Shown here piece by piece: positions 20,908 through 32,730 of a DNA stretch of 64,000 bases. The DNA lies in assembly GCA_027624315.1 (NCBI GenBank), contig JAQBXX010000004.1, positions 442-64,441 of the forward strand. Direction: 5' to 3'. The notes under the pieces were generated by a model that saw nothing but the letters and a program-made list of their open reading frames with translations, was not told the DNA's origin and searched no databases. Positions within the stretch are counted from its first letter, which is position 1, and each line of letters begins with the position of its first letter. The translations under genes and the position numbers were made by a program. This DNA comes from Pseudomonadota bacterium. Its GTDB lineage: Bacteria > Pseudomonadota > Gammaproteobacteria > SURF-13.

Positions 20908-21807
20908 TCACCCATACCGCCCGGTGATGTAGTCTTCGGTCTGTTTCTTCGACGGGTTGGTGAAGATGATGTCGGTGTCACCGAATTCGATCAGCTCGCC
21001 CAGATACATGAAGGCGGTGTAGTCCGATACACGCGCGGCCTGCTGCATGTTGTGGGTGACGATGATGATGGTGACGCGCTCCCTCAGCTCGGCGATCAGC
21101 TCCTCGATGCGCGCGGTGGCGATGGGGTCAAGCGCGGAGGTGGGTTCATCGAACAGCAATATCTCCGGGTCGGTGGCCAGCGCGCGCGCGATACATAGGC
21201 GCTGCTGCTGGCCGCCGGAGAGATTGAAGGCGAGGTCTTGCAGACGGTCTTTCACCTCGTCCCACAACGCCGCTTCCCGCAAGGCCTGCTCCACTTTTTC
21301 GTCGAGCACGCTGCGTTTGCGCACGCCGCGCACGCGCAGGCCGTAGGCGACATTTTCATAAATCGTCTTCGGGAACGGGTTCGCCTTCTGGAACACCATG
21401 CCGATACGCATGCGCACCTCGATGGGATCGACCTTGGGTCCGATGATGTTGATCTCATCCGGATAGAGCACGATCTCGCCTTCGTAGCGGTTGTTTGGGT
21501 AGAGGTCGTGCATGCGGTTGAAGCAGCGCAGATAGGTGGTCTTGCCGCAGCCGGAAGGGCCGATCAGCGCGGTGACGCGCTTCTCCGCGATGGAGAGGTT
21601 GACGTTCTTGAGCGCATGGGTTTCGCCGTAATAAAAATTGAGACCGGTGACGCGCGCCTTGAGTTTGGGCGCTTCCGCGCCATGCGCCGCCGGGGCTTCC
21701 GCGGCCGGCGCGCCGGAGGTCTGTTCCGTGGTGCCGCGCGGCACCTGAAAATTACTCGCCACGGGTCGGGCGGTGCGGGGCATGTCCGGTGTCAGGATAT
21801 TTTCCAT
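20908..21807 (-). CDS. pstB: Phosphate ABC transporter ATPase
   Basis: [31 protein letters not shown]. Confidence 0.96.
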   Translation of the reverse strand: MENILTPDMPRTARPVASNFQVPRGTTEQTSGAPAAEAPAAHGAEAPKLKARVTGLNFYYGETHALKNVNLSIAEKRVTALIGPSGCGKTTYLRCFNRMHDLYPNNRYEGEIVLYPDEINIIGPKVDPIEVRMRIGMVFQKANPFPKTIYENVAYGLRVRGVRKRSVLDEKVEQALREAALWDEVKDRLQDLAFNLSGGQQQRLCIARALATDPEILLFDEPTSALDPIATARIEELIAELRERVTIIIVTHNMQQAARVSDYTAFMYLGELIEFGDTDIIFTNPSKKQTEDYITGRYG

Positions 21808-21821
21808 GTTCGAGTTCTCTA

Positions 21822-21967
21822 TAGGGTGCTTCTAAAAATGATGGATTTTGCTTTAAGACAAGGCGCAGCGCCGTCGAGCAGCGCAGCATGCACGCCAGTA
21901 TGTGAGCAGAGGAGACAAGCTGCAACGCAGTATTGGGGCAAAAGACGCATTTTTAGAGGCGCCCTTA
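21822..21967. mobile_element. MITE family A, copy 3 (opposite orientation, TA flanks)
   Basis: TA-GGGTGCTTCTAAAAATG ... CATTTTTAGAGGCGCCCT-TA; right TA lies in the pstA stop codon. Confidence 0.85.
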
Positions 21968-22873
21968 CCATTTAATGCGTTTGCGGAAACGGTAGCGCAG
22001 ATAAATCGCGATACCGTTCATAAGCAGTGTCATCAGGAGCAGCACCAGGCCGGCGGCGGCGGCGTTGGCTTGAAACGCCTCCTGTGGACGCGACACCCAG
22101 TTGAACATCTGGATCGGCATCACGGTGTAGGGCGAGGTGATCCACTCAAACGAGACAAACGGCGGCACGGCCTGCAGCGGCGCGGGCGGCAGAAACGCAA
22201 TGAAGGTGAGCGCGCCGATGGTGATGACCGGCGCGCTCTCGCCGATGGCGCGCGACATGGCGATGATGACGCCGGTGAGAATGCCGCCCATTGAGTACGG
22301 CAGCACGTGGTCGCGGATGCTCTGCCACTGGGTGCCGCCGAGCGCGTACACCGCCTCGCGGATGTTGCGCGGAATGGAGCGCACCGACTCGCGCGTGGCG
22401 ATGATGACCATGGGCAGAATCAGCAGCCCCAGCGTGAGGCCGGCGGTAAGCACGGTCTGGCCAAGATTGAACTGGTAGATGAACAGCCCCAGCGCCATCA
22501 GGCCGTACACAATCGAGGGCACGCCCGCGAGATTGGCGATGTTGATCTCGATGATGTCGGTGACCCAGTGCTTCGGCGCGTATTCTTCGAGATAGGTGCC
22601 GGCGGCGATGCCGAGCGGCACGGCGCAGGCGGCGGTGACCAGCATCACCATGCAGGTGCCGACCCAGGCCGAGAGTATGCCAGCCTTGTCCGCAAAGCGC
22701 GACGGGAACGAAGTGAAGAATTGCCATGACAGGCGCGGCGCGCCGTGCAGCGCGAGGTCGACGATGAGCGCGAGCAGCGTACCGATACCGATGGACAGCG
22801 CGAGCAGGCCGAGCACGACGAAGATGCCGTCGGCAAGTTTGTTACGCGCGATGATTTTTTGCACGCTATGCAT
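21965..22873 (-). CDS. pstA: Phosphate ABC transporter permease PstA
   Basis: NIANLAGVPSIVYG, AIGESAP. Confidence 0.94.
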   Translation of the reverse strand: MHSVQKIIARNKLADGIFVVLGLLALSIGIGTLLALIVDLALHGAPRLSWQFFTSFPSRFADKAGILSAWVGTCMVMLVTAACAVPLGIAAGTYLEEYAPKHWVTDIIEINIANLAGVPSIVYGLMALGLFIYQFNLGQTVLTAGLTLGLLILPMVIIATRESVRSIPRNIREAVYALGGTQWQSIRDHVLPYSMGGILTGVIIAMSRAIGESAPVITIGALTFIAFLPPAPLQAVPPFVSFEWITSPYTVMPIQMFNWVSRPQEAFQANAAAAGLVLLLMTLLMNGIAIYLRYRFRKRIKW

Positions 22874-22875
22874 GA

Positions 22876-23793
22876 TCAGTAGGCCTGCCGGAAGCGGCGC
22901 TTAAGCATCTGGCCCACGATGTTGAACGCGAGTGTCAGCAGCAGCAGGGTGAAGCCCGCGGCGAAGATGGTCTGATAGCCGATGCTGCCGTGCGGCAAAT
23001 CGCCGAGACTCACCTGCACGATGTAGGTGGTGATGGTGGCGGCGGGTTCCATCGGATTCAGGGTGAGATTCGGCTGCATGCCGGCGGCGATGGCGACAAT
23101 CATGGTCTCGCCCACGGCGCGCGACATGCCGAGCACATAGGCCGCAGAGACGCCGGAGAGGGCGGCGGGAATCACTACGCTAAGCGCAGTGCGCAGGCGC
23201 GAGGCGCCCATCGCATACGAGCCTTCGCGCAACTGCATCGGCACCGCTTGGATCGCATCCTCGCTCAGCGAGCTCACGTACGGAATAATCATGATGCCCA
23301 TCACGAGGCCCGCGCTCAGCATGTTGAAGCCGGGCAGGCCGGGAAACAGCTTTTGCAGCAGCGGCGTCACGAACAGCAGGGCGAAATAGCCGTACACCAC
23401 CGTCGGCACACCGGAGAGCATTTCCAGTACGGGCTTGGCCACCTCGCGTACGCGGTACGGCGCATATTCACTTAAATAAATCGCGATGATGGTGCCGAGC
23501 GGGATGGCCACCAGCAGGGCGATCACGGTAGTGACCAGGGTGCCGCTGAGCAGCGGCAGAATACCGTAGTGCGCATCATCGAACAGCGGCGTCCACTGCG
23601 TGTCGGTGAGAAAGTCGACGAGCGGCACGTGCTGGAAAAAGCCGTAGGATTCATACGCCAGCACGCCCACAATCCCTGCGGTCACCGCCACCGACGACAG
23701 CGCGGCTAGAAACAGCACTAGTTCGATCGCCCGCTCGCGTATCCGGCGCAGCATGCGTGCGCGGGGCGACAGGACAGAGAGCAGGGTACTCAC
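22876..23793 (-). CDS. pstC: Phosphate ABC transporter permease PstC (start GTG 23793 or ATG 23754)
   Basis: TQWTPLF, LSGVPTVVYG, SRAVGETMIV; the ORF-track ATG at 23829 coincides with the predicted -10 box. Confidence 0.93.
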   Translation of the reverse strand: MSTLLSVLSPRARMLRRIRERAIELVLFLAALSSVAVTAGIVGVLAYESYGFFQHVPLVDFLTDTQWTPLFDDAHYGILPLLSGTLVTTVIALLVAIPLGTIIAIYLSEYAPYRVREVAKPVLEMLSGVPTVVYGYFALLFVTPLLQKLFPGLPGFNMLSAGLVMGIMIIPYVSSLSEDAIQAVPMQLREGSYAMGASRLRTALSVVIPAALSGVSAAYVLGMSRAVGETMIVAIAAGMQPNLTLNPMEPAATITTYIVQVSLGDLPHGSIGYQTIFAAGFTLLLLTLAFNIVGQMLKRRFRQAY

Positions 23794-23824
23794 GCGCTTG
23801 AATCTCCGGGCAGGAACTGCCGCC

Positions 23825-23858
23825 AGCATAGTCAGCCAATATGACAGTTATGTTACAG
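23825..23858 (-). promoter_or_regulatory. Pho box with -10 element ahead of pstC
   Basis: Minus strand CTGTAAC-ATAA-CTGTCAT (23858-23841), 10-bp spacer, then TATGCT. Confidence 0.8.
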
Positions 23859-23870
23859 GCCGGACCCAGA

Positions 23871-23898
23871 CAAAAAAGAAGGGCGCCCGCAGGCGCCC
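23871..23898 (-). terminator. Intrinsic terminator after pstS
   Basis: GGGCGCC-TGCG-GGCGCCC then TTCTTTTTTG. Confidence 0.75.
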
Positions 23899-23922
23899 CG
23901 ATGATCACAATTTAAACTTGCT

Positions 23923-24975
23923 CTAAAGTTTGCCTTCGCGCTTGAGTAGTTCATCGAGAAGGACGCCGACTTCATTCTTACCGGCAAAGCCCGTGCCCAG
24001 CTTCTTGCTGTTGAAGTTCTTGAGCGCCTGGTCGTAGTGCTGCTCGCCAAGCGGTACATAGCCCACTTCCTTGACCAGCTTCGTGGCATTCTTCAGGTAG
24101 AAGGTCACGAACGCCTTCACTTCCGGCTTTGCCATGGACTTGGCATTCACATAGATAAAGATCGGACGCGCCAGCGGCTGGTAGGTGCCCGCCATGACCG
24201 TCCCAAGCGAGGGCTCAACCGCCTTGGTGGCGCCCTTGGCGATAATCGGTACCGCCTTCAGCTTACCCTTGTTTTCCACGTAATAGGCCAGGCCGAAATA
24301 GCCGATCGCGTTGACGTCCTGCGACACGCCTTGCACCAGCACGTTGTCGTCCTCGGAGGCGGTGTAGTCGCCGCGGCTCGCTTTCTCCTTGCCGTTGATC
24401 GCGTCGGTGAAGTAGTCGAACGTGCCTGAGTCTGAACCAGCGCCGAACAGCTTGAGCGGCGCGTCCGGCCAAGCCGGATTGACTTGGTTCCACTTCGTAA
24501 TTTTCCCTTGGGCGGCCGGTTCCCACATCTTCTTCAGTTCCTCGACCTTGAACTCCTTGATCCAGTCGTTCTTCGGGTTCACAACCACGGTCAGGGCATC
24601 GAACGCCACCGGCAACTCGATGTACTCCACACCGTTGGGGCCAATGCGTGGGCCGCTGATCACTGACGTGCCATCAAAACCGGCCTTTTTGCAGGCCTCC
24701 ATCTCTTTCGCCAGGATCGGACGCGAGGCATTAGCAATGTCGATCTCGCCACGGCAGAATTTCTTGAGGCCGCCGCCGGTGCCGGAGATGCCCACCGTCA
24801 CCTGAATTTTACCTTTGCCCTCTTTTTGAAACTCCTCGGCCACCGCCTCGGTGATCGGATAAACGGTGCTGGAGCCGTCGATCTTTATGATCGTTCCCGC
24901 CGCGTGCGCAGAGAGCATCACTGCCAGCAGCGCCACGCCGCCTAAAATCTGTCTGGATATCCGTTGAGCTTGCAT
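23923..24975 (-). CDS. pstS: Phosphate-binding protein PstS
   Basis: Signal peptide, [22 protein letters not shown]. Confidence 0.95.
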   Translation of the reverse strand: MQAQRISRQILGGVALLAVMLSAHAAGTIIKIDGSSTVYPITEAVAEEFQKEGKGKIQVTVGISGTGGGLKKFCRGEIDIANASRPILAKEMEACKKAGFDGTSVISGPRIGPNGVEYIELPVAFDALTVVVNPKNDWIKEFKVEELKKMWEPAAQGKITKWNQVNPAWPDAPLKLFGAGSDSGTFDYFTDAINGKEKASRGDYTASEDDNVLVQGVSQDVNAIGYFGLAYYVENKGKLKAVPIIAKGATKAVEPSLGTVMAGTYQPLARPIFIYVNAKSMAKPEVKAFVTFYLKNATKLVKEVGYVPLGEQHYDQALKNFNSKKLGTGFAGKNEVGVLLDELLKREGKL

Positions 24976-25036
24976 CGAACATTGTCTCCTTAGGGTGAGC
25001 TGAACTTGAAAACCTGCGTCATGCTGTCAGAGAAAG

Positions 25037-25054
25037 ATGACAGTTTGATTAAAA
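25037..25054 (-). promoter_or_regulatory. Probable Pho box upstream of pstS
   Basis: Minus strand TTTTAAT-CAAA-CTGTCAT (one strong and one weak half-site). Confidence 0.55.
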
Positions 25055-25129
25055 CGCGCGCGAGATGGCTACGGCCGAGGCACAACTGCTCAAGGTAGGG
25101 GGCGTGCCAAGGGTGTAGAATCGGGCGCA

Positions 25130-26506
25130 ATGAATCCGATAGTTCCACTCATCATGCGCTGGCGGCTGGTGTACGCCGCTTTTTTCGCGCTGCTGGCACG
25201 GCGCTGGAATAGACGCCTTTACCTATATCTCGCGGGGCTTTTCATGGTGTTCGCGCTGGCCGATGCGGTGTATTTTCGTCTCACGGTGGAGATGCGTCAG
25301 ACGGCGTTCGACAGCATGGTGGGTTATCGCATCATCGTGCCAAAACCCGACCCCGACATTGTCATTGTCGATATCAACGAGGCGAGCCTTGCCGCAATGG
25401 CACAGGATTACGGCCGCTGGCCGTGGCCGCGTCAGGTGTTGGGTGAGTTTCTGGAGCAGATCGAAAAGCAGAAGCCCGCAGCGGTGGTATTCGATATCCT
25501 GTTCAGCGACGCCGATGTCTTCAACCCCGACAGCGACGCTTATTTCAACACCGCTATCGCCGCCACCAACAATACATTCTTTCCCATGCTGCGGCTCGAC
25601 CCGGCGAGCGACGGCCTGAGCCAGATCAAGCCGTCGCTGATCCCCGGCGTCGAGGCGCTGTCGAATGCGGCGCAGCAAGACGCGACCGTGGCGGTGGTGC
25701 TGCCGCATTTTCCGGCGGCACTAAGCGGCGGGCGCCTGGGGCTGCACAATATTTATCCCGATGACGATGGCGTGGTGCGCCAGTATCTCGCCTACCGTGA
25801 TGACTACGGCTGGAAGCTGCCCACGCTGCCGGCGCGCATCGGGCGCGAGCTGGGCTGGCCGGCGCCGCAGGCGCAGAACGTGCTGCTCAATTGGCGCGGC
25901 GCGCCGTTCACGTATCGCTATGTGAGCTTTGCCGATGTGTTTGAGGATTTGACCAGCAAGCACAAAAGCCGTGCGCAAAACGAATTCACCGGCAAAATCG
26001 TGATCATCGGTTCGACCGCGCCGAGCCTGCTGGATATCAAACCGACGCCGTTGAGTCAGATGCATCCCGGCGTGGAAATTCTCGCCACCGCGATTGACAA
26101 CTTCAAGCACAATGATTATCTGCGCTTTCCCGATGCGCGCATTGCCTATCTGTTGCTGGCGCTGACGATAGTCTGGCTCAGCGCGTGGGGTTTTTACCGT
26201 GACGTCGGACACGGCAAAATGGATGCGTGGTTCGCCGCGTCGCAATTTATTCTGATCGGTGTTTCCTACGCCAGCATCAACTTCAGCAACGTCTACATAA
26301 ACCTCACCGGCCCGGTGACACTGGCGCTGGAGTATTACGCCGTGGCGCGGGTTTACGCTGCCGCCACCGGCAAGGTGCTGGAGCGCAGCGCGTTGCGCGC
26401 CTCGCTTGAACACGATGGCGAATTGCGCGCGACGTTGTTGTTGATTCGCCTCAACTCGGCGTTGCTGACCGAAGCGCTGCTGGAAAAAATCCGCGCAATC
26501 AGGTAA
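25130..26506 (+). CDS. CHASE2-domain membrane protein with no recognisable output domain
   Basis: [45 protein letters not shown], then three TM segments. Confidence 0.8.
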   Translation: MNPIVPLIMRWRLVYAAFFALLARRWNRRLYLYLAGLFMVFALADAVYFRLTVEMRQTAFDSMVGYRIIVPKPDPDIVIVDINEASLAAMAQDYGRWPWPRQVLGEFLEQIEKQKPAAVVFDILFSDADVFNPDSDAYFNTAIAATNNTFFPMLRLDPASDGLSQIKPSLIPGVEALSNAAQQDATVAVVLPHFPAALSGGRLGLHNIYPDDDGVVRQYLAYRDDYGWKLPTLPARIGRELGWPAPQAQNVLLNWRGAPFTYRYVSFADVFEDLTSKHKSRAQNEFTGKIVIIGSTAPSLLDIKPTPLSQMHPGVEILATAIDNFKHNDYLRFPDARIAYLLLALTIVWLSAWGFYRDVGHGKMDAWFAASQFILIGVSYASINFSNVYINLTGPVTLALEYYAVARVYAAATGKVLERSALRASLEHDGELRATLLLIRLNSALLTEALLEKIRAIR

Positions 26507-26543
26507 AGTGCGGCTTCTCAACTTGTCTGCATCGGGAATGAAC

Positions 26544-27236
26544 ATGCCGGAATATCTGCCAGAGTATCTGATAGCCCCGTCGATACTGTCGGCGAACTTT
26601 GCGCGTCTGGGCGAAGAAGTCGACAACGTGCTCAAGGCGGGCGCCGACGTCGTGCACTTCGATGTGATGGACAACCATTACGTGCCCAATCTCACCATCG
26701 GTCCGCTGGTGTGCGAGGCGCTGCGCAAGCACGGCGTCACCGCGCCGATCGACGTCCACCTCATGGTGAAGCCGGTGGACCGCATTATCCCCGACTTCGC
26801 CAAGGCCGGCGCCACCTATATTACTTTTCACCCCGAGGCCACCGAACACATCGACCGCTCGCTGCAACTGGTGCGCAGCCTGGGCTGCAAATCCGGCCTG
26901 GTGTTCAATCCGGCCACGCCGCTCGATCACCTGAAATACGTCATGGACAAGATCGACATGATCCTGCTCATGTCGGTCAACCCCGGCTTCGGCGGGCAGA
27001 GCTTCATCCCCGCTACGCTGCCCAAGCTGCGCGAGGCGCGCAAACTGATAGACGCCAGCGGCTATGACATCCGTCTGGAAATAGACGGCGGGGTGAACAC
27101 CGCGAACATCCGCGAGATCGCGGCGGCGGGCGCGGATACCTTCGTCGCAGGCTCGGCCATTTTCAGCACGCCGGATTACAAAGCCACCATAGACAAGATG
27201 CGCGCGGAATTGGCCAAAGCGGGTAAGGCCTCCTAA
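26544..27236 (+). CDS. rpe: Ribulose-phosphate 3-epimerase
   Basis: [36 protein letters not shown]; start approximate. Confidence 0.96.
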   Translation: MPEYLPEYLIAPSILSANFARLGEEVDNVLKAGADVVHFDVMDNHYVPNLTIGPLVCEALRKHGVTAPIDVHLMVKPVDRIIPDFAKAGATYITFHPEATEHIDRSLQLVRSLGCKSGLVFNPATPLDHLKYVMDKIDMILLMSVNPGFGGQSFIPATLPKLREARKLIDASGYDIRLEIDGGVNTANIREIAAAGADTFVAGSAIFSTPDYKATIDKMRAELAKAGKAS

Positions 27237-27242
27237 AAATCC

Positions 27243-27360
27243 AACGCAAAGACGCGAAGACGCAAAGATATAGAATCTAATGATTGTTTCCGCACTTTAA
27301 GCACTCGGTGGCCCACCTTGCCACATGAATTATTCCTTTGCGTCTTCGCGTCTTTGCGTT
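27243..27360. repeat. Octamer inverted-array element, copy 2
   Basis: Perfect 25-bp arms AACGCAAAGACGCGAAGACGCAAAG / CTTTGCGTCTTCGCGTCTTTGCGTT. Confidence 0.9.
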
Positions 27361-27383
27361 AAGGCTTTTTTAAAATTAATCTC

Positions 27384-28085
27384 ATGACATTAAAAATTCC
27401 CAAGATGGTGTTGATAGACCTGGACGGCACGCTGGTCGACAGCGCGCCCGATCTCGCCTATTGCGTGGACGAAACGCTTAAACACCTGGGCCTGCCGCCG
27501 CAAGGATTGGCGCGCGTGCGCGACTGGGTCGGCAACGGCGTGGAAAAGCTCATGCGCCGCGCGCTCACCGGTGACATCGACGGTGAACCTGATGTCGCCC
27601 TGCTCAAACGCGCCATGCCGGTTTTCCTGGAGCTATATGAGGGCAACCTCGCGCAGCGTAGCCATTTATTTCCCGGCATACGCGAAGGTATCGCGCTGCT
27701 TAAGGCGCAAGGCATTGCGTTGGGTTGCGTCACCAATAAAATCGCGCGTTTCACCGAGCCGCTGTTGAAACAGCTCGGCGTGCGCGATGCCTTCGCCATC
27801 GTGGTCAGCGGCGACACGCTGCCACAGAAAAAACCGCATCCCGCGCCGCTGCTGCACGCGGCACAGTTTTTTAACGTGGCGCCGCACGAGTCGCTCATGG
27901 TGGGCGACTCGGTGCACGACGTGGAGGCCGCGCGCGCCGCCGGTTTTCAGGTGGTGTGCGTGAGCTACGGCTACAACCACGGCAGCGACATCCGCGCCGC
28001 CCAGCCTGACGCAGTGATAGATTCTCTGCTAGAATTACCGAAGCTGTTTGATGCGAGTGGCGAGTGGCTAGTAGCGAGTGGCTAG
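27384..28085 (+). CDS. gph: Phosphoglycolate phosphatase
   Basis: [19 protein letters not shown]; rpe-gph-trpE order. Confidence 0.94.
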   Translation: MTLKIPKMVLIDLDGTLVDSAPDLAYCVDETLKHLGLPPQGLARVRDWVGNGVEKLMRRALTGDIDGEPDVALLKRAMPVFLELYEGNLAQRSHLFPGIREGIALLKAQGIALGCVTNKIARFTEPLLKQLGVRDAFAIVVSGDTLPQKKPHPAPLLHAAQFFNVAPHESLMVGDSVHDVEAARAAGFQVVCVSYGYNHGSDIRAAQPDAVIDSLLELPKLFDASGEWLVASG

Positions 28086-28119
28086 GAAAAACGTTTTTCC
28101 CTCGCCACTGGCTACTCGC
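28053..28119. repeat. Heptamer inverted-array element
   Basis: GCGAGTGGCGAGTGGCTAGTAGCGAGTGGCTAG - GAAAAACGTTTTTCC - CTCGCCACTGGCTACTCGC. Confidence 0.85.
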
Positions 28120-28131
28120 TCCTGCCTTAAT

Positions 28132-29649
28132 ATGACACCGCAACTATTCGACGCCCTGGCCCGTCAGGGCTATAACCGTATCCCGCTGGTACGCGAGGTC
28201 TGCGCTGACCTCGACACGCCGCTCAGCGCCTATCTCAAGCTCGCAAATGAACCGTATTCGTATTTATTCGAATCGGTGCAGGGCGGCGAGAAGTGGGGGC
28301 GTTACTCCATCATCGGTCTGCCGTGCCGCACCATCGTGCGCGTCTCCGGTCACGACATCAGCGTGGAGAAAGACGGCGCGATGACCGAGCAGGTGAAAGA
28401 CAGCGATCCGCTGCGCTGGATTGAGCAATTTCAGGCGCGCTACAAGATCGCCCCCGCTGCCGGACTGCCACGTTTCACCGGCGGCCTGGTCGGCTATTTC
28501 GGCTACGACACGGTGTGCTACATCGAGCCGCGTCTGGCGGGGACGCATAAACCCGACGCGCTCGGCACGCCGGACATTCTGCTCATGGTGTCGGACGAGG
28601 TGGTGGTGTTCGACAACCTGAGCGGCAAGCTTTATCTGGTGATCCACGTCAACCCGGCGCTGGAAGATGCCTGGAGCAGGGCGCAGGCCAGACTCGACGA
28701 GCTCGTCGAACGCTTGCAGCGCGCCACACCGCATCCGCATGACGCCGCGCACGTGCTGCGCGCAGAGGATTTCGTGTCCGGCTTCACGCAGCAGGGTTTT
28801 GAACAGGCCGTCGCGCGCGCCAAGCACTACATCGTGGAAGGCGACATCATGCAGGTGGTGTTGTCGCAGCGCCTCAGCGCGCCGTATGCAGGCAGCGCGC
28901 TGAATTTTTACCGCGCGCTGCGCACGCTGAACCCGTCGCCGTATATGTATTATCTCGATCTCGGCGATTTTCACGTGGTCGGTTCCTCGCCCGAAATTCT
29001 CACGCGCCTGGAAGACGGCATCATCACCGTGCGCCCCATCGCCGGCACGCGCAAGCGCGGTAGCACCGAAGAGGAGGACCGCGCACTGGAGCAGGAACTG
29101 CTCGCCGATCCGAAAGAGCGCGCCGAGCATTTGATGTTGATAGACCTGGGCCGCAACGACGTGGGGCGCGTGGCCGAGACCGGCAGCGTCCAGCTCACCG
29201 AGAAAATGCTGGTGGAGCGCTACTCGCACGTGATGCACATCGTGTCCAACGTCACGGGGCGGTTGCAAAAAGGCATGACGGCGCTGGACGCCCTGCGCGC
29301 CACCTTCCCGGCGGGCACGGTGAGCGGCGCGGCCAAAATCCGCGCCATGGAAATCATTGATGAGCTGGAGCCGGTGAAGCGCGGTATTTACTCCGGCGCG
29401 GTGGGCTATCTCGGCTGGAACGGCAACATGGATACCGCGATTGCGATCCGCACCGCCGTGCTCAAGGACGGCCTGCTGCACGTGCAGGCGGGCGCGGGCA
29501 TCGTCGCCGACTCGGTGCCGCGCACGGAATGGGAGGAGACCATGAGCAAGGCGCGCGCGTTGGTAAGTGCAGCGGTGACGGCATCCAGAGGTCTCGATGT
29601 CACCCCCGTCACAGTGCCGGAGATCGTTGAGGTTAGGCCATGCTCCTGA
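28132..29649 (+). CDS. trpE: Anthranilate synthase component I
   Basis: [32 protein letters not shown]. Confidence 0.96.
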   Translation: MTPQLFDALARQGYNRIPLVREVCADLDTPLSAYLKLANEPYSYLFESVQGGEKWGRYSIIGLPCRTIVRVSGHDISVEKDGAMTEQVKDSDPLRWIEQFQARYKIAPAAGLPRFTGGLVGYFGYDTVCYIEPRLAGTHKPDALGTPDILLMVSDEVVVFDNLSGKLYLVIHVNPALEDAWSRAQARLDELVERLQRATPHPHDAAHVLRAEDFVSGFTQQGFEQAVARAKHYIVEGDIMQVVLSQRLSAPYAGSALNFYRALRTLNPSPYMYYLDLGDFHVVGSSPEILTRLEDGIITVRPIAGTRKRGSTEEEDRALEQELLADPKERAEHLMLIDLGRNDVGRVAETGSVQLTEKMLVERYSHVMHIVSNVTGRLQKGMTALDALRATFPAGTVSGAAKIRAMEIIDELEPVKRGIYSGAVGYLGWNGNMDTAIAIRTAVLKDGLLHVQAGAGIVADSVPRTEWEETMSKARALVSAAVTASRGLDVTPVTVPEIVEVRPCS

Positions 29650-30227
29650 TGATCGACAACTACGATTCCTTCACCTACAACCTGGTGCAATATCTGGGCG
29701 AGCTGGGCGCGGACGTGCGCGTGTTCCGCAACGACCGGATATCCACCGCCGAAATCAAAAAACTCGCGCCCGCGCAGATCGTCATCTCGCCGGGGCCGTG
29801 CACGCCGAATGAGGCGGGCGTGTCGGTGGATGCGATCAAGCAGTTCGCGGGGAAAATCCCGCTGCTCGGCGTCTGCCTTGGTCACCAGAGCATCGGCCAG
29901 GCGTTCGGCGGCAAGATCATCCACGCACGCGAACTGATGCACGGCAAGACCTCAATGATTTATCACACGGGCAAGGGTGTGTTTAAAGGTTTGCCGAGCC
30001 CGTTCGAGGCGACGCGCTATCACTCGCTGGTGATTGAAAAAGAAACGCTGCCGGACTGTCTGGAGATCACCGCGTGGACGCAGGACGCGCAAGGCAAGCT
30101 GGACGAGATCATGGGCGTGCGCCACAAGACACTCAATGTTGAGGGTGTACAGTTTCACCCGGAGTCCATACTCACGCAGTATGGGCACGATTTACTGAAG
30201 AATTTTTTACAAGCAAGTGGCGAGTAG
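29640..30227 (+). CDS. trpG: Anthranilate synthase component II (glutamine amidotransferase)
   Basis: [26 protein letters not shown]. Confidence 0.95.
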   Translation: MLLMIDNYDSFTYNLVQYLGELGADVRVFRNDRISTAEIKKLAPAQIVISPGPCTPNEAGVSVDAIKQFAGKIPLLGVCLGHQSIGQAFGGKIIHARELMHGKTSMIYHTGKGVFKGLPSPFEATRYHSLVIEKETLPDCLEITAWTQDAQGKLDEIMGVRHKTLNVEGVQFHPESILTQYGHDLLKNFLQASGE

Positions 30228-30283
30228 CGAGTGGCTAGGGAAAAACACTTTTACTCGCCACTAGCCACTCGCAACTAGCTACT
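30216..30283. repeat. Heptamer inverted-array element
   Basis: AGTGGCGAGTAGCGAGTGGCTAG - GGAAAAACACTTTT - ACTCGCCACTAGCCACTCGCAACTAGCTACT. Confidence 0.85.
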
Positions 30284-30292
30284 GAGATAACC

Positions 30293-31312
30293 ATGGACAT
30301 GCAAACCGCCATCCGCGCCGTGGTCGAGCGGCGTAATTTATCCGGGGACGAGATGACCGCGGTGATGGAGACCATCATGAGCGGTGCCGCCACCCCGGCG
30401 CAGATCGCAGGCTTTCTTATCGGGCTGCGCATGAAGGGCGAAACTATCGAGGAGATCGCCGCCGCCGCGCGCGTGATGCGCGAGCTGTGCACCAGGGTCG
30501 AGGTGCATGCGGAGCATCTGGTGGACACCTGCGGCACGGGCGGCGACGGCGCACACAGCTTCAATATCTCCACCGCCGCCGCGCTGGTGGCCGCCGCCGC
30601 GGGCGCGGTGGTCGCCAAGCACGGCAACCGCTCGGTGTCCAGTAAGTCCGGCAGCGCCGACGTGCTCGAGGCGGCGGGCGTCAATCTCGATCTCACGCCG
30701 GAGCAGGTCGCGGCGTGCATCGAAAAAATCGGCGTAGGATTTTTGTTCGCGCCCAGACATCACGGCGCGATGAAGCATGCCGCCGCGCCGCGCCGCGAGA
30801 TGGGCGTGCGCACGCTGTTTAATCTGCTCGGGCCGCTCACCAATCCCGCCGGTGCGCGCAACCAGGTGCTCGGTGTGTGGGGCGCCGAGTGGCTGGAGCC
30901 GCTCGCCTCCGCGCTGGCGCGCCTTGGCAGCCGCCATGTGCTGGTGGTCAACGCCGAAGACGGCATGGACGAGATCAGCATCGCCTCGCCCACGCACGTC
31001 GCGGAACTCAAGGACGGCGCCATTGTGACGTATGTCATTGTGCCGGAGGAATTCGGCATGACGCGCACCGACGGTGCGAGTCTGGTGGTGGCGAGTCCGC
31101 AGCAAAGTCTGGATGTCATCCACACGGTGCTGGACGGCACGCCGGGCCCTGCCGCCGACATCGTGGCGCTTAATGCCGGCGCGGCCATTTACGTCGCGGG
31201 TCTCGCGCCGACACTGGAGCAAGGCGTACGCAAGGCGCAGGCCGTGATCGCCAGCGGCGCGGCACGCAAAAAGCTTGCCGCATTAATCAACTTCACTCAG
31301 AATTTTAAATAA
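30293..31312 (+). CDS. trpD: Anthranilate phosphoribosyltransferase
   Basis: [28 protein letters not shown]. Confidence 0.97.
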   Translation: MDMQTAIRAVVERRNLSGDEMTAVMETIMSGAATPAQIAGFLIGLRMKGETIEEIAAAARVMRELCTRVEVHAEHLVDTCGTGGDGAHSFNISTAAALVAAAAGAVVAKHGNRSVSSKSGSADVLEAAGVNLDLTPEQVAACIEKIGVGFLFAPRHHGAMKHAAAPRREMGVRTLFNLLGPLTNPAGARNQVLGVWGAEWLEPLASALARLGSRHVLVVNAEDGMDEISIASPTHVAELKDGAIVTYVIVPEEFGMTRTDGASLVVASPQQSLDVIHTVLDGTPGPAADIVALNAGAAIYVAGLAPTLEQGVRKAQAVIASGAARKKLAALINFTQNFK

Positions 31313-31317
31313 AAAAC

Positions 31318-31469
31318 CAACGCAAAGACGCGAAGACGCAGAGAATACGAAGACGGTATGGTTCAAGAAGTTATGATTAGATCATTTCCGCCTTCTACTC
31401 TGCCTGGAGCAATCCCCAGTGGGACTTTAGCAGCCAAAAAAATCTTTGCGTCTTGGCGTCTTTGCGTTG
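31318..31469. repeat. Octamer inverted-array element, copy 3
   Basis: CAACGCAAAGACGCGAAGACGCAGAGA ... TCTTTGCGTCTTGGCGTCTTTGCGTTG, about 100-bp loop. Confidence 0.88.
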
Positions 31470-31483
31470 AGACTTGTTGATAC

Positions 31484-32311
31484 ATGACAGCGCAGCCCGA
31501 CATCCTGCAAAAAATACTCAAGCGCAAGGCGGAAGAAGTCACCGAGCGCAGTGCGGCATTGCCGTTGCGTGAGATGAGTCAACGCGCCGCCGCCGCGCCC
31601 GCACCACGTGGCTTCGCCGCTGCACTGGAGGCAACAATACAGCGTGGCGAAGCCGCCGTGATTGCCGAAATAAAAAAGGCCTCACCGAGCCGCGGCGTGA
31701 TGCGCGCCGATTTCCGCCCTGTCGAGATCGCGCAGGCCTACGAGCGTGCGGGCGCGGCGTGCCTGTCGGTGCTGACTGACCGGGATTTTTTTCAGAGCGA
31801 CGACGGTTACCTGGAGCAGGCGCGCGCGGCAACGAAGCTTCCCGTGCTGCGCAAGGATTTCACCATAGACGCTTACCAGATCTATGAGGCGCGGGCGCTG
31901 GGTGCGGATTGCATCCTGCTCATTGTCGCCGCGCTGGGGGATGCGCAGTTGCGCGAATTCTCCGGCCTCGCCGCGCACCTCGACATGGATGTGCTGGTGG
32001 AGGTGCACGATGATGACGAGTTGGAGCGCGCGCTCCAACTCGATGCGCGACTCATCGGCGTCAACAATCGCAACCTGCGCACCTTTGAGACCACGCTTTC
32101 CGTCACGCTCGATCTGCTCGATAACATTCCTTACGACCATATCGTGGTCACCGAGAGTGGCATCCGCACGCAGGAGGATGTCGCCCTGATGCGCAAGCAC
32201 GGCGTGCACGCCTTTCTTGTCGGCGAGGCGTTCATGGTGGCGCCCGATCCCGGTGCGGCGCTCGCCGCCCTGTTTTCCAGTCCGAAAAACACGCATAATG
32301 TTCCCCTATGA
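31484..32311 (+). CDS. trpC: Indole-3-glycerol phosphate synthase
   Basis: [26 protein letters not shown]. Confidence 0.97.
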   Translation: MTAQPDILQKILKRKAEEVTERSAALPLREMSQRAAAAPAPRGFAAALEATIQRGEAAVIAEIKKASPSRGVMRADFRPVEIAQAYERAGAACLSVLTDRDFFQSDDGYLEQARAATKLPVLRKDFTIDAYQIYEARALGADCILLIVAALGDAQLREFSGLAAHLDMDVLVEVHDDDELERALQLDARLIGVNNRNLRTFETTLSVTLDLLDNIPYDHIVVTESGIRTQEDVALMRKHGVHAFLVGEAFMVAPDPGAALAALFSSPKNTHNVPL

Positions 32312-32727
32312 AGGCGCGCGTGAAATGGGTGGAGAACAGCACGTTTGTCGCACAAAGCGGCAGCGGTCACTCCGTGGTGCTGGACGGCCCGCCGGAGGCG
32401 GGCGGGCAGAATCTCGGCGTGCGGCCGATGGAGATGGTGCTGCTGGGGCTGGGCGGCTGCACCGCGTTTGACGTGGTGGACATCCTCAGGAAAAAGCGCG
32501 AGACCATCAGCGATTGCGTGGTCGAGATCAGCGCCGAGCGCGCCGACACCGTGCCCAAGGTGTTCACCAAGATACACCTGCACTACATTGTGCGCGGCAG
32601 CAACGTGAAGGAAGAATCGGTGAAGCGCGCGGTGGAGTTGTCGGCGGAAAAATACTGCTCGGTGTCGATGATGCTGAACAAGAGCGTCGCGATGACGCAC
32701 GACTATGAAATTGTAAAGACTGACTAA
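32308..32727 (+). CDS. OsmC/YhfA-family protein
   Basis: [24 protein letters not shown]. Confidence 0.9.
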   Translation: MKARVKWVENSTFVAQSGSGHSVVLDGPPEAGGQNLGVRPMEMVLLGLGGCTAFDVVDILRKKRETISDCVVEISAERADTVPKVFTKIHLHYIVRGSNVKEESVKRAVELSAEKYCSVSMMLNKSVAMTHDYEIVKTD

Positions 32728-32730
32728 AAG

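Noticed and set aside
26544-26570. PEYL-PEYL tandem duplication at the Rpe N-terminus
   Set aside because: A 12-bp imperfect duplication in a variable terminus with no evident consequence.
12041-31426. Shared intergenic 11-mer CCAGTGGGACT at 12041 and 31416
   Set aside because: Matches of this length are expected by chance in 64 kb and there is no flanking similarity.
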